Positions 9,151 through 18,643 of a stretch of DNA of 64,000 nt are shown here, piece after piece. Source of the stretch: Candidatus Iainarchaeum sp. GTDB taxonomy: Archaea > Iainarchaeota > Iainarchaeia > Iainarchaeales > UBA10219. The DNA lies in the NCBI GenBank assembly GCA_018304425.1, contig JAGVWE010000003.1, positions 32,001 to 96,000 of the forward strand, given 5' to 3'. Position numbers and translations under genes: made by a program. The notes beneath the pieces were generated by a model, which saw only the letters and a program-made list of their open reading frames with translations, was not told where the DNA came from and did not search any database. The number at the start of each line of letters is the position of its first letter. Positions within the stretch are counted from its first letter, which is position 1.

Positions 9151-9771
9151 TTAGCCGCCTTCAAATCTTCCAGCCACGACGCTCAAATGTCGCTCTAACA
9201 GCATTCGCACTTCCCGGTCATTGTCTGATTCATGGATGCTTCCGGCCGCGATTTGCCTACGATGCTCGTCTAACAAACTCAGGGCACGCTTTAAAGCCCC
9301 TTGTACCTCGGCTCGTTGCGATGGTGAAAGCTTACTTGGAATCAAGCCAACCTTTGCATCCAAATCAGTTAGTCTAAAGAATATGCCCTTCATTTCCTGT
9401 GCATAGGCAGCCGCTGCCTTGGCCTGGTTAAGAACACTAGCAGCCTCCACCCTTGCCCCTGATCCCATTTGTTTCAAGAGAGTCGCTCTACGAACCAGCT
9501 TTTCTCTTCCAACGTTAAAATCATGCACGACGGAAAGCGTAGCAAAATAATCAGCCCACGGACGAGGGTTGGCAACATCCGCCCAGTTCCATACTTCAGC
9601 CTGTGCCAATTCAAGAGCCACCCGCATGGATTCCATCCTTCGGTTTTGCTCCCCAATGCCTTCCAGGGTTTGTCGATAAAGCTGTGCCCTGCGGGTTGCC
9701 CCCGCCGTTGGTTTCCCTTGACCCCGTCGTTCCTCAGGCCGCCGCCTGTCAACCCGCTTGTCAACCGCCAT
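9151..9771 (-). CDS. Hypothetical protein, paralog of 8491-9099
   Basis: Starts MAVDKRVDRRRPEERR. Shares the A-x-A-x-A-A-x-A-x-EMK-x-x-F...RAL...HR...AG...SD...LLE pattern with its neighbour. Confidence 0.75.
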   Translation of the reverse strand: MAVDKRVDRRRPEERRGQGKPTAGATRRAQLYRQTLEGIGEQNRRMESMRVALELAQAEVWNWADVANPRPWADYFATLSVVHDFNVGREKLVRRATLLKQMGSGARVEAASVLNQAKAAAAYAQEMKGIFFRLTDLDAKVGLIPSKLSPSQRAEVQGALKRALSLLDEHRRQIAAGSIHESDNDREVRMLLERHLSVVAGRFEGG

Positions 9772-9823
9772 AAAAGAACTATTCCTAACCAATTTAAATA
9801 TCTTTACTGGCTGTTTAAAAGCA
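9772..9823. promoter_or_regulatory. Compact divergent promoter with central TTTAAATA
   Basis: TTTAAATA at 9793-9800 is nearly equidistant from ATG 9771(-) and ATG 9824(+). Confidence 0.6.
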
Positions 9824-11398
9824 ATGCAAGCCAAACTACTGGGCATCGAGGCCTTGGAGCCGGCGAAGGACGTCATTGTCAAGGCCCTCGACGAGGCGAA
9901 GCGCAAGGCCTACCTCGCCTATGCGGATGTGCGCCTGGACTTGGGGGAAGGCAAAGCGGTTTTCGCCTTGCAAGGCAATGCCAAGGGCGCAACGGAAGAC
10001 AATGAAATGAGTTGCGGGGTCCGCGTTTACGTTGAGAAGGGCGGCGTGGCCTCGGCGGGTTTTGTCGGCCGGAGCCTTGGCGAACAGGAACTGAACGGCC
10101 TGGCCCAGGTGCTCAAGGAGATGCACGGCCTGGCCTACAAGCGCGCCAGGGCGAACCAAGCACATAAGCGAGCCCTGGCGAAGAAATACAAGTTTTTCGG
10201 GAAGAGCCTGACCGCGGGAAAGCTGGCCCCGGTCAAGGCCTGCGTGGACACGCTTAAGCCCAGTTTCAAGCGGAACCCACGCGACTACTCCTTCGAGGAA
10301 CTGGTGCGGCGCACCGAGCGCTGCAGCCAACTGGTCCAAAAGCTGCCGGGCATGGCCTCGAACAGCGTTTCCATCGTGACCGGCCTGGGAAGGCAATTGT
10401 TCGCCAGCACGGAGGGCGCGTTCATCGACGACTCCAATGCCCTAACCCAGGGATTCCTCTTCGTGACCGCGAAAGGCAAGGCAGTTGAAACCTTTTACGA
10501 GTGGAACGGCGCCTATGCAGGCCTGGAAGTGCTCGAAGGCGAGAACGGCTTCCGGATGAACTTCGAGGACTTCTGCCAATACATCGCCGAAGGCACCATC
10601 GAGGTCTCGAATGCACCCGCCATGAAGACCACGGAAAAGCCAATGACCGTCATCTGCGACCCGCGCTTCAACGCCCTGGTCTCCCACGAGATCTGCGGCC
10701 ACCCCAGCGAAGCCGACCGCGCCCTGAAACGCGAGGCGGCCTGGGCTGGAAGGGCGTGGTGGTTCAGGGGCATGGACGACAACGAATTCGGGAAACCCGT
10801 GGCCTCGGAACAGGTCAGCGTCTTCTCGGACCCCAGCCTGCAAGGCTATGGCAATTACAAGTACGACGACGAGGGCGTGCCAGCGAAGAAGGTCTACAAC
10901 ATCAAGGAAGGGCGGCTGAACGCGTTCATCAACTCAAGGGAAACGGCCACCATCCTGGGCCAGGAACCCAATGGCGGGATGAGAGCCGCGAGCGCTATGC
11001 AGGTGCCGCTCATCCGCATGAACAACACCTGCCTCGACAAGGGCGACTGGTCGAAGGACGAAATCTTCAAGGACACCCGGGAAGGCTATTACCTGTTCGG
11101 CCAGAAAACGCCTTCCATTGGGGAGACGCGGCAGAACTTCAAGATCACCTGCTGGAAGCTGTACAAGGTCGAGAACGGCGAATTGACGCAGCTCTACCGC
11201 ATGGGCGGGATTACTGCCGACTCGGCGGCCTACCTGAAAAGCATCGACGCCGCTGCGGATGACCTGCACGTGCACAACATCCCCAACTGCGGGAAGGGAA
11301 CCCCCATGCAGAGCATGATGGTCGGGAACGGCGGCCCGCACACGCGGGGAAAGGCCATTGTCACCGGCGCCCACGCCGAGGGAAGGGGCAGCCTATGA
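9824..11398 (+). CDS. tldD: TldD-family metalloprotease
   Basis: HEICGHPSEAD (HExxGH-x-x-E-x-D), YDDEG, IRMNNT, and C-terminal CGKG-PMQ-GNGGP. Confidence 0.92.
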   Translation: MQAKLLGIEALEPAKDVIVKALDEAKRKAYLAYADVRLDLGEGKAVFALQGNAKGATEDNEMSCGVRVYVEKGGVASAGFVGRSLGEQELNGLAQVLKEMHGLAYKRARANQAHKRALAKKYKFFGKSLTAGKLAPVKACVDTLKPSFKRNPRDYSFEELVRRTERCSQLVQKLPGMASNSVSIVTGLGRQLFASTEGAFIDDSNALTQGFLFVTAKGKAVETFYEWNGAYAGLEVLEGENGFRMNFEDFCQYIAEGTIEVSNAPAMKTTEKPMTVICDPRFNALVSHEICGHPSEADRALKREAAWAGRAWWFRGMDDNEFGKPVASEQVSVFSDPSLQGYGNYKYDDEGVPAKKVYNIKEGRLNAFINSRETATILGQEPNGGMRAASAMQVPLIRMNNTCLDKGDWSKDEIFKDTREGYYLFGQKTPSIGETRQNFKITCWKLYKVENGELTQLYRMGGITADSAAYLKSIDAAADDLHVHNIPNCGKGTPMQSMMVGNGGPHTRGKAIVTGAHAEGRGSL

Positions 11399-12849
11399 GA
11401 ACCGTGAAAGAACTCCGGGACGCGGTAACGGAGGGCCTGCGCTGGGTGGAGAAGCAGCCGCGCGTGAAAGAAGCGGAAGTATACGCTTCGGCGACCTACC
11501 TCAACGTGCAGCGCATCTGTTACGCGACGAATGTTCCCAGCAATGGCCTCGAAGAGCCGAAGTCCGAGGAATCGTATGGCTTGAGCGTGCGCGTGCGGTT
11601 CGAGGACGGGAGACTCGGCTTCGGCAAGGAGGACAGTGCGCTGGACAGGCGGGGCTATGGCAACGCGTTCCTCAAAGCCGAACGCAACGCGGTGCTGGAC
11701 ACGGATTTCCACTCGCTGCCATCACCCCTTCCCGCATCCCTGCGGGGCAAGGCGCGTGCGCCCAGGAACGCGTTCGCGGACAAGGCCATCGCGAACCTCG
11801 ATGATGGGAAAGCCATCGACAAGGCCTATGACTGCCTGGGCGGGGCCTTCGAGGCGCTGGCGCGCGCCGAACGCGACCTCAACATCACGGGCGAATTGAA
11901 TTTCACGGTCGAACGCATGGCGCTGGCGAACTCCAACGGCGTGAAAGCCGAGGAAGAGAACACGCAGGCCCTGGCGGCTTTGACCACCCTCTTGGAAGGC
12001 AAGCCGGACATCGCCGGCATGGACTTCGACTCCAACACCCACTTGAAGGCCTTGAACGCCCGCAAAACCGGGTTTTCTTCGGCGGAGAAGGCCTTGGCCA
12101 TGCGGGGGGCCAAGAGCATCGAGTCCGGTTCCTACCGGGCGGTGCTGGGACGGCTCGCGGTAACCGACCTGCTGCACAGCCGCTTCGAGGTGGGCTTGAA
12201 CGCGGTGGACGAGCAAGCAACTCCCTTCGTCGGGAAGCTGGGCCGGAAACTCTTCTCCACGCAACTCAACCTCTCGGACGATGCTTTGGTCTCCGGGGCC
12301 ATCGGCTCCCGTGGTTACACGGACGAGGGCTTCGCGGCAGGAAAGACCTTGTTGGTAAAGGACGGGGTGCTGGAGAATTTCCTGTCAAACGACTACTATT
12401 GCAAGAAGTTCCCCGACGAGAAAAGGTACAACCCCTTGAACGGCTACCGCAGGGGCCGCAACTACGCCTCCGACCCGGGCATCCACGGCACCAACTTGGT
12501 GGTCGAACCAGGCAGCTTCTCGGACGAGGAACTCATCCGCGAAGTCAGGAACGGCATCTACATCGGCCGCATCTGGTACACCTATCCGGTGAACGGCCTG
12601 GCGTCCAGTGATTTCACGACCACCATCCGGGGAGACTCTTACCTCATCGAGGACGGCGAAATCAAGTCGGCTTTGACGCCCAACACCTGCCGGGTCTCGG
12701 ACAACTTCGAGCGCGTGTTCAAGGGCGTGCTCGGCCTCGGCCGAAAACAACGGGTCACCTTCGCCTGGGGCCAGGAACCCGTCGTCATCACGCCCGAAAC
12801 CGCGGTGGAAAGCGTGAAAGTGGAACGCATCGCCAAAGGGCTGTATTAG
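11395..12849 (+). CDS. pmbA: PmbA/TldE-family protein
   Basis: ATGA overlap with tldD. TDEG, LVKDGVLENFL and TNLVVEPG motifs; lacks HExxH, as expected for TldE. Confidence 0.88.
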   Translation: MRTVKELRDAVTEGLRWVEKQPRVKEAEVYASATYLNVQRICYATNVPSNGLEEPKSEESYGLSVRVRFEDGRLGFGKEDSALDRRGYGNAFLKAERNAVLDTDFHSLPSPLPASLRGKARAPRNAFADKAIANLDDGKAIDKAYDCLGGAFEALARAERDLNITGELNFTVERMALANSNGVKAEEENTQALAALTTLLEGKPDIAGMDFDSNTHLKALNARKTGFSSAEKALAMRGAKSIESGSYRAVLGRLAVTDLLHSRFEVGLNAVDEQATPFVGKLGRKLFSTQLNLSDDALVSGAIGSRGYTDEGFAAGKTLLVKDGVLENFLSNDYYCKKFPDEKRYNPLNGYRRGRNYASDPGIHGTNLVVEPGSFSDEELIREVRNGIYIGRIWYTYPVNGLASSDFTTTIRGDSYLIEDGEIKSALTPNTCRVSDNFERVFKGVLGLGRKQRVTFAWGQEPVVITPETAVESVKVERIAKGLY

Positions 12850-12931
12850 GCCTTTGCCTGCGGCAAAAGGCGTTTTCCGCGCCGGACGCCGTGGTAGGCC
12901 TTTTAAAGGCTTGGCAGGAAAAGTGGGTACA

Positions 12932-13789
12932 ATGGTGTCTGCCTTGCTGACCGACCAAATGCAGAAAAAGCTCTTGCAGATTCTCAACGAGGACATCGGC
13001 TCGGGCGACATCACGGCCGCCCTGGTGCCCCGGAAAAAGTGCCGGGCCACGATTGCCGCGGGCGAGCAAGCCCGGGTCGCTGGCCTCGAGGAAGTGGCTT
13101 ACTTGTTCGAGCAGGCAAAGGTTTCGGCCAAACTCCACGTCAACGACGGTGACCTGGTGGAAAAGGGCCAGATCGTCTTGGAAGCCGAGGGCGTCAACCA
13201 GAACGTGCTGGCCGTCGAGCGCACCGCGTTGAACATCCTGGGCCGGATGTCGGGCGTGGCCACGAAATGCTGGCAGGCCGTGCAGGCCGCGAAAAACCCG
13301 GACATGAAAATCCTGTTAACCCGCAAGACCATGCCGGGCTTCAACGAATTCGACAAGAAGGCGTGCGCCTTCGGCGGGGTGGGACCGCACCGCATGAACC
13401 TCTCGGACATGGTGCTGGTCAAGGAAAACCACCTGGCCTTCTTTGAGACCCTGCCCGCGGCCTTGTTCCGCGCCAAGAAGTCCAAGTACCAGGGCCCCAT
13501 CGAAATCGAGGTGCAAAACCTCCAGCAGGCCGTGCAAGCCATGCGGACCGGCATCGTGGACGTCGTCCTGCTGGACAACTTTTCCGTGGAGGACGCCAGG
13601 AAAGCCATTCCCTTGCTGAAGAAAATGGGCGAAGTCAAAATCGAGTTGAGCGGCGGCATCACCCTGGCCAACCTGCGGGAGTACGCCAAGCTCGACCCGG
13701 ACTTCCTCTCCATGGGCGAGCTCACGAAGGACGCAAAGACCGTGGACTTTTCCCTGGACATCGTGGAAGTCTTGGAGGGAGAGGCATGA
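12932..13789 (+). CDS. nadC: Nicotinate-nucleotide diphosphorylase (quinolinate phosphoribosyltransferase)
   Basis: EDIGSGDIT, ERTALN, TRKT, HRMNLSD..KENH, LLDN and SGGIT motifs. TATA at 12901. Confidence 0.96.
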   Translation: MVSALLTDQMQKKLLQILNEDIGSGDITAALVPRKKCRATIAAGEQARVAGLEEVAYLFEQAKVSAKLHVNDGDLVEKGQIVLEAEGVNQNVLAVERTALNILGRMSGVATKCWQAVQAAKNPDMKILLTRKTMPGFNEFDKKACAFGGVGPHRMNLSDMVLVKENHLAFFETLPAALFRAKKSKYQGPIEIEVQNLQQAVQAMRTGIVDVVLLDNFSVEDARKAIPLLKKMGEVKIELSGGITLANLREYAKLDPDFLSMGELTKDAKTVDFSLDIVEVLEGEA

Positions 13790-14301
13790 GGGGCCTGGTA
13801 GTGGGGAGGTTCCAGCCCTATCATTCCGGGCACCACCAGGCCATCAAGAACATCCTGGGGGAAGTCGACGAGCTGGTCATCGTCATCGGCTCCACGCAGA
13901 AGAGCTATGAGCGGGAGAACCCGTTCACGGCCGGGGAACGGATTGAGATGATTTCCGAGGCCCTGAAAAAAGACAAGCTGTTCGGCGCCTGCTTCCTCGT
14001 GCCCATCGCGGACGTGGGCGAGAACGCGGTGTGGACGAAAAAGGTGAGGAGCCACTGCCCCAGGTTCGACGTCGTGTACTCGAACAACCCCCTGGTCAAG
14101 CAGTTGTTTGAAGGCGAGGGCATCCAGTCCAAGCCCATGGTCTCCAAGCTGAAGGACATCGACTCCACCCAGGTGCGGAAGCTCATGCTCTCCAACGGCG
14201 AATGGCGGAAGCTGCTGCCCAAGCCGGTCGTGGACTACCTGTCCTCCATCAAGGCAGTGGAGCGGATGAAAGCCATCGCCAAGAACGAGGAAAAGTTCTA
14301 G
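13786..14301 (+). CDS. nadM: Nicotinamide-nucleotide adenylyltransferase (archaeal NMNAT)
   Basis: GRFQPYHSGH, IGSTQ, ENPFTAGER, SNNPLV and STQVR motifs. Confidence 0.95.
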   Translation: MRGLVVGRFQPYHSGHHQAIKNILGEVDELVIVIGSTQKSYERENPFTAGERIEMISEALKKDKLFGACFLVPIADVGENAVWTKKVRSHCPRFDVVYSNNPLVKQLFEGEGIQSKPMVSKLKDIDSTQVRKLMLSNGEWRKLLPKPVVDYLSSIKAVERMKAIAKNEEKF

Positions 14302-14313
14302 CCTGGGACCCGC

Positions 14314-15894
14314 ATGCAAGCAAATGCCCGCTTTCTCGCCGCCTTCGACTCCAAGGACCTTTCCACCGAAACCTTTGACCTCGTCATCGTCGGCACGGGC
14401 CTCGCCGGGCTTGCCACCGCTTATTACGCCCAGAAAGCCGGCAAAGACAAGAGCATTCTCCTGATTTCCAAGGCCAGGCAGAGCCAGATCAACTCCACCA
14501 TGGCCCAGGGAGGCATCTGCTGCGCGCTGGGAAAGAATGACTCCTGGCGCGAGCACGCGAAAGACACCCTGGCCGCGGGCCGCGGCCTCTGCAACGAGAA
14601 GGCAGCCAAGACCTTGGCTAGGGAAGGCGTGGAACGCATCCGGGAACTGATGAACTTGGGCATCCAGTTCGACGCGGGCGACACGAGCCTGCAGTTGGGG
14701 CTTGAAGGCGGGCACTCCAAGCGGAGAATCCTCCACATCAACGGCGACCGCACCGGCCTCGGGTTGAGCCAGTTTTACTTGGGCCTGGTGCGGGAGAGCC
14801 GCAACTGTTTCAGGTTGCCGGGAACCCAGGCCATTGACGTCCTGGCAAAGAACGGCCGCTACACCGGGCTGCTCGTGGAAACCGAGGGCGGGTTCAAGGT
14901 CTTGAAGTCAAGCGCGCTCGTCTTCGCTTCCGGCGGCTATTCCTCGCTGTACGCGCACACCACCAACCCAGTGGAAACCATTGGAGAGGGCGCCAGCATC
15001 TGCTACCGCGCGGGGCTTCCCCTGATGGACCTGGAGTTCGAGCAATTCCATCCCACCACGCTGTCCGTGGAAGGGGCCGGCAACTTTCTCATCAGCGAGG
15101 CCGTGCGGGGCGAGGGCGCCCTGCTCGTGAACGACTCGGGCAAGCGTTTCATGGCGCACGAACCCTTGAAGGAACTGGCTCCACGCGACGTGGTCAGCCG
15201 CGCGGTTTACGCGCAATTGCAGGCAGGCCGAAAGGTGTTCCTGGACGCGCGGCACCTCGGCGCCCGGTACGCGGCCCAACGCTTTCCCTTCATCTCCGAG
15301 CGGCTCCGGGAATTCGGGTTGAGCCTGGCCAGGGACTTGATTCCCATCGAGCCCGCGGCCCACTTTTCTTGTGGCGGCATCCAAACGGATTTGCAGGCAC
15401 GCACCCCCTTGAAGGGCGTGCTGGCGGTGGGCGAGGCGGCCTGCAATGGCTTGCATGGCGCGAACCGGCTGGCCAGCAACTCGCTGCTCGAAGCCATCGT
15501 CTTCGGTTACCGGGCGGCGGAGTCCGCGCTCAAGGAGAAGCCGAAGGCATCGGAACGGTTTGAGGTAAGGGCGTCGGATGGCAAAGGCAAGGCAGACTAT
15601 GGCAGGCTCACGCAGGCGCTGCGGCAGCGGATGTGGGAAAAGGCCGGGATTATGCGCGAGGAAAGGGGCTTGAAGGAGCTGCAGGCATGGGTGCAGGCGG
15701 AGTGGAACGCGCTGGCGTGCGGGAAAACCCATGAATTTTTTTCGACCGCCAACCTACTGCAGCTTTCTGCGTTGATTACCGAGAGTGCCCTTGCACGAAA
15801 GGAGTCCAGGGGCGGCCATTACCGCCTGGATTACCCAGAGCCGAGAAAGGAATTAAAAAGGCACTCCACCCTTAATAGGTATGGAAGCCAGTAA
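14314..15894 (+). CDS. nadB: L-aspartate oxidase
   Basis: GTGLAG, AQGGI, EGGHSKRRILH, QFHPT, SEAVRGEG, LAPRDVV, HGANRLASNSLLE and ESRGGHYR motifs. Confidence 0.96.
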   Translation: MQANARFLAAFDSKDLSTETFDLVIVGTGLAGLATAYYAQKAGKDKSILLISKARQSQINSTMAQGGICCALGKNDSWREHAKDTLAAGRGLCNEKAAKTLAREGVERIRELMNLGIQFDAGDTSLQLGLEGGHSKRRILHINGDRTGLGLSQFYLGLVRESRNCFRLPGTQAIDVLAKNGRYTGLLVETEGGFKVLKSSALVFASGGYSSLYAHTTNPVETIGEGASICYRAGLPLMDLEFEQFHPTTLSVEGAGNFLISEAVRGEGALLVNDSGKRFMAHEPLKELAPRDVVSRAVYAQLQAGRKVFLDARHLGARYAAQRFPFISERLREFGLSLARDLIPIEPAAHFSCGGIQTDLQARTPLKGVLAVGEAACNGLHGANRLASNSLLEAIVFGYRAAESALKEKPKASERFEVRASDGKGKADYGRLTQALRQRMWEKAGIMREERGLKELQAWVQAEWNALACGKTHEFFSTANLLQLSALITESALARKESRGGHYRLDYPEPRKELKRHSTLNRYGSQ

Positions 15895-16942
15895 ACCCCC
15901 GTCCCGCCGCATTTTAATGGGAGAGGCGGCCTTGGCGAAAAGGCCGTTTTCCTCCGCCGAAATCGAGGCCGAAGCCCGGCGGTTGCATGCGAAACTCCAA
16001 GCCGTTGGTTACCCGGTCGAGCAATGCCGGTTGTACGCGCCGCTCACCCTGGCCATCAACCGCTTGAAGAAGGAAAAGAATGCGGTAATACTCGCGCACA
16101 ATTACCAGCGGGCCGAGGTCTTGTTCGGCATCGCGGACTTCATCGGGGATTCATTGGAGCTGGCGCGGAAGGCACGGGACACCCAGGCCGACATCATCTT
16201 GTTCTGTGGCGTCAAGTTCATGGCCGAGACCGCGAAAATCCTGACCCCGGCGAAGAAAGTGCTGATTCCGGATATGGAAGCGGGCTGCTCGCTGGCGGAA
16301 AGCATTTCCGCGGCGGACGTGAAAAAGCTGCGCGCCGCTCACCCGGAGGCCGCGGTGGTAAGCTACGTGAATACCTACGCGGACGTCAAGGCCGAAAGCG
16401 ACGTGTGCTGCACGAGCGCGAACGCCTTGAAAATCGTGGAGGCGCTGCCGAACCAGGAAATCGTTTTCTTGCCCGACAACTACATGGCGCGCAACATCCA
16501 GGCGCAGACCCCTTTGGGGAAGAAAATCATGGCCTGGAAGGGCTTGTGCATCGTCCATGAAACCTTTCGCGCCGAACAGATTGCCGTTTACCGGAAGACG
16601 TATCCCGGCATCCAGATTCTGGCCCACCTGGAGTGCCACCCGGACGTGGTGAAGCTGGCCGATTACGTGGGCGGAACCTCGGGGATGGCCAAGTACGTGG
16701 CCGAAAGCCAGGCCAAGCAGTTCATGCTGGTCACCGAGTGCGGGATGTCCGATGTCCTGCGGGTGCAGTTCCCCGGCAAGCAGTTCATCGTGCCCTGCGC
16801 CTTGTGCCCGTACATGAAGAAAATCCACCTGGAAAAGGCGCTGGACGTGCTGATACGGGAAGCGAACGAGATAACGGTGCCGGAACCCGTCCGGGCAAAG
16901 GCGGAGCGGGCGCTGCAGAAAATGTTCGAGTTGACGTCCTGA
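15881..16942 (+). CDS. nadA: Quinolinate synthase
   Basis: ILAHNYQ, FCGVKFMAE, AGCSLA, YVNT, CIVHE, AHLEC and CPYMK (three Fe-S Cys). Confidence 0.96.
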   Translation: MEASKPPSRRILMGEAALAKRPFSSAEIEAEARRLHAKLQAVGYPVEQCRLYAPLTLAINRLKKEKNAVILAHNYQRAEVLFGIADFIGDSLELARKARDTQADIILFCGVKFMAETAKILTPAKKVLIPDMEAGCSLAESISAADVKKLRAAHPEAAVVSYVNTYADVKAESDVCCTSANALKIVEALPNQEIVFLPDNYMARNIQAQTPLGKKIMAWKGLCIVHETFRAEQIAVYRKTYPGIQILAHLECHPDVVKLADYVGGTSGMAKYVAESQAKQFMLVTECGMSDVLRVQFPGKQFIVPCALCPYMKKIHLEKALDVLIREANEITVPEPVRAKAERALQKMFELTS

Positions 16943-16945
16943 GGG

Positions 16946-17497
16946 CTAGTCGATTAAAAAAACCCGCCGCACGATGTGACTCACCACCGCCCGCAGCGGC
17001 AATTTTCTTTGGGTTGCAATTTGGAGAATGATTTGGTTGGTGATTTGGGCCACTTTTCGCCCCAGGTTGCCAACATCCCCAAACGAGCCTATTTCCGCAA
17101 GGCTCTTCAATGGCACTTCATGGTCCCACCATTGCTGCACCCGTTCCGCTTGGCCGGGTTGCTTGAGGAACCGCTCGATTTCCGCTGAGGTCAGGGCAAG
17201 GCCGGTTTTTTGCCGAACCCTTTCCTGTTCTTCGGCCAGGGCCAGGCCCAGTTGATAGCCTGGCTCCCGTGACCGGAAACCATGGCCGGCGTTCAGCGTA
17301 TTCGGGTAGTGGACCAGCCATTCCCTTGCCTGCTTGAGAACGCGCAGGCGATGCAGGCGGGCCAGGGTCACCTTGAGACGCGCCCGCACCTTGGGATCGG
17401 CCAAGGACCGACTGGCAGCCTTGCGCTCTTTTCTCTGCAGTCTTTTCTCTAACGTGTCAAGGCGCTGGGGGTCGAGGCCATATTTCCGCGCAACCAT
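16946..17497 (-). CDS. Arg/Lys-rich hypothetical protein
   Basis: MVARKYGLDPQRL... The ATG lies about 24 nt from TTTTAAA at 17521. The upstream part of the track ORF is just antisense to the peptidase. Confidence 0.65.
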   Translation of the reverse strand: MVARKYGLDPQRLDTLEKRLQRKERKAASRSLADPKVRARLKVTLARLHRLRVLKQAREWLVHYPNTLNAGHGFRSREPGYQLGLALAEEQERVRQKTGLALTSAEIERFLKQPGQAERVQQWWDHEVPLKSLAEIGSFGDVGNLGRKVAQITNQIILQIATQRKLPLRAVVSHIVRRVFLID

Positions 17498-17560
17498 ACG
17501 CTCATACGCCGCGGAAACCCTTTTAAACCCCTTAAACCATTGTCTACCAGGGTCTGTGAC

Positions 17561-18643
17561 ATGAAGGAAAAGGCGCGCCAGTTGTTCGACCATGTGAACG
17601 TCGATGCCGTGGTGCTGGAGAACTGTGAGGAAGTCAAAGAATTGAACCTCTACTATTTCACGGGCCTGCCGAAGAAGATTACCGGCAGCCAGTTCCTCGT
17701 GCTGACGCGGGACAAGACCACGCTCTACGCCACCGTCCTCGAGTACGGGGCCATCGAGAAAGAGTTGAAGCAGAAATTCGTTGACCTGCGGCTGTTCAAA
17801 AGCGAAAAGGACTTGCTGGCATCGCTGGCCCAGGAATTCCATGCCGCGGAAGTGCTGGGCGTCAACTACTCGGTGCTGAGCAAGAAGTCCTACGACAAGC
17901 TGGCCAACGCGTTCCCAGGCAAGATCCTGGTCGACGTGTCGGGAACCCTCAACCGGGTGCGGGAAAAGAAGACCGAAGCCGAAATCGCGTGCATCAAAAA
18001 AGCCTGCAAGGCCAGCGAAGACCTCCTCAAAGAAATTCCCTCCCTGGCACGACCCGGCAAAACCGAGTTGGACGTGCAGAAGGCCATGGACGCCTGGATG
18101 CGCGAGCGGGACTGCGTTCCCGCGTTCGAAACCATTGTGGCAAGCGGCGCGAACGCGAGCATCCCCCACCACGTGGCGGGAAACACCAGGCTCCGCAAGG
18201 GCGATTTGCTCCTCCTCGACTTCGGTGCCGAGTACGCGAACTACGCTTCGGACCTCACGCGCATGTTCGTCCTGGGCAAGGCCACCAAACGGCAGAAAGA
18301 GCTGTACAAGCTCGTGTTCGAGGCCAAGGAGCGCTCCCATGCCCAGGCGTTTCCCGGCAACCCGGCCAAGAACGTGTTCCTGGCCAGCGAAAACCACTTG
18401 AAGGCCCACGGCTTTTCCATGATTCACTCGATTGGCCACGGCCTCGGCTTGCGCGTGCACGACTTCCCGCCCAGGATGGGCCTTGACGCGGAGTGGAAGC
18501 TCGAAGCCGGCATGGTGGTAACGATTGAACCCGGGGTTTACGACAAAGGCTTTGGCGGCATCCGCATCGAGGACGACGTGCTCGTCACGGAAAAGGGGCA
18601 CACGCGGTTGACCAAGGCACCTAGGCAATTGACGGAACTGTAG
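17561..18643 (+). CDS. Xaa-Pro aminopeptidase/dipeptidase (M24B)
   Basis: IPHH, DFGAEY..YASDLTR, HSIGHGLGLRVHD, TIEPGVY and GGIRIEDD motifs. Confidence 0.95.
   Translation: MKEKARQLFDHVNVDAVVLENCEEVKELNLYYFTGLPKKITGSQFLVLTRDKTTLYATVLEYGAIEKELKQKFVDLRLFKSEKDLLASLAQEFHAAEVLGVNYSVLSKKSYDKLANAFPGKILVDVSGTLNRVREKKTEAEIACIKKACKASEDLLKEIPSLARPGKTELDVQKAMDAWMRERDCVPAFETIVASGANASIPHHVAGNTRLRKGDLLLLDFGAEYANYASDLTRMFVLGKATKRQKELYKLVFEAKERSHAQAFPGNPAKNVFLASENHLKAHGFSMIHSIGHGLGLRVHDFPPRMGLDAEWKLEAGMVVTIEPGVYDKGFGGIRIEDDVLVTEKGHTRLTKAPRQLTEL

Noticed and set aside
17498-18628. N-terminal ~377 aa of the 560-aa minus-strand ORF
   Set aside because: Antisense to the Xaa-Pro peptidase. Only 16946-17497 has a plausible start and promoter.
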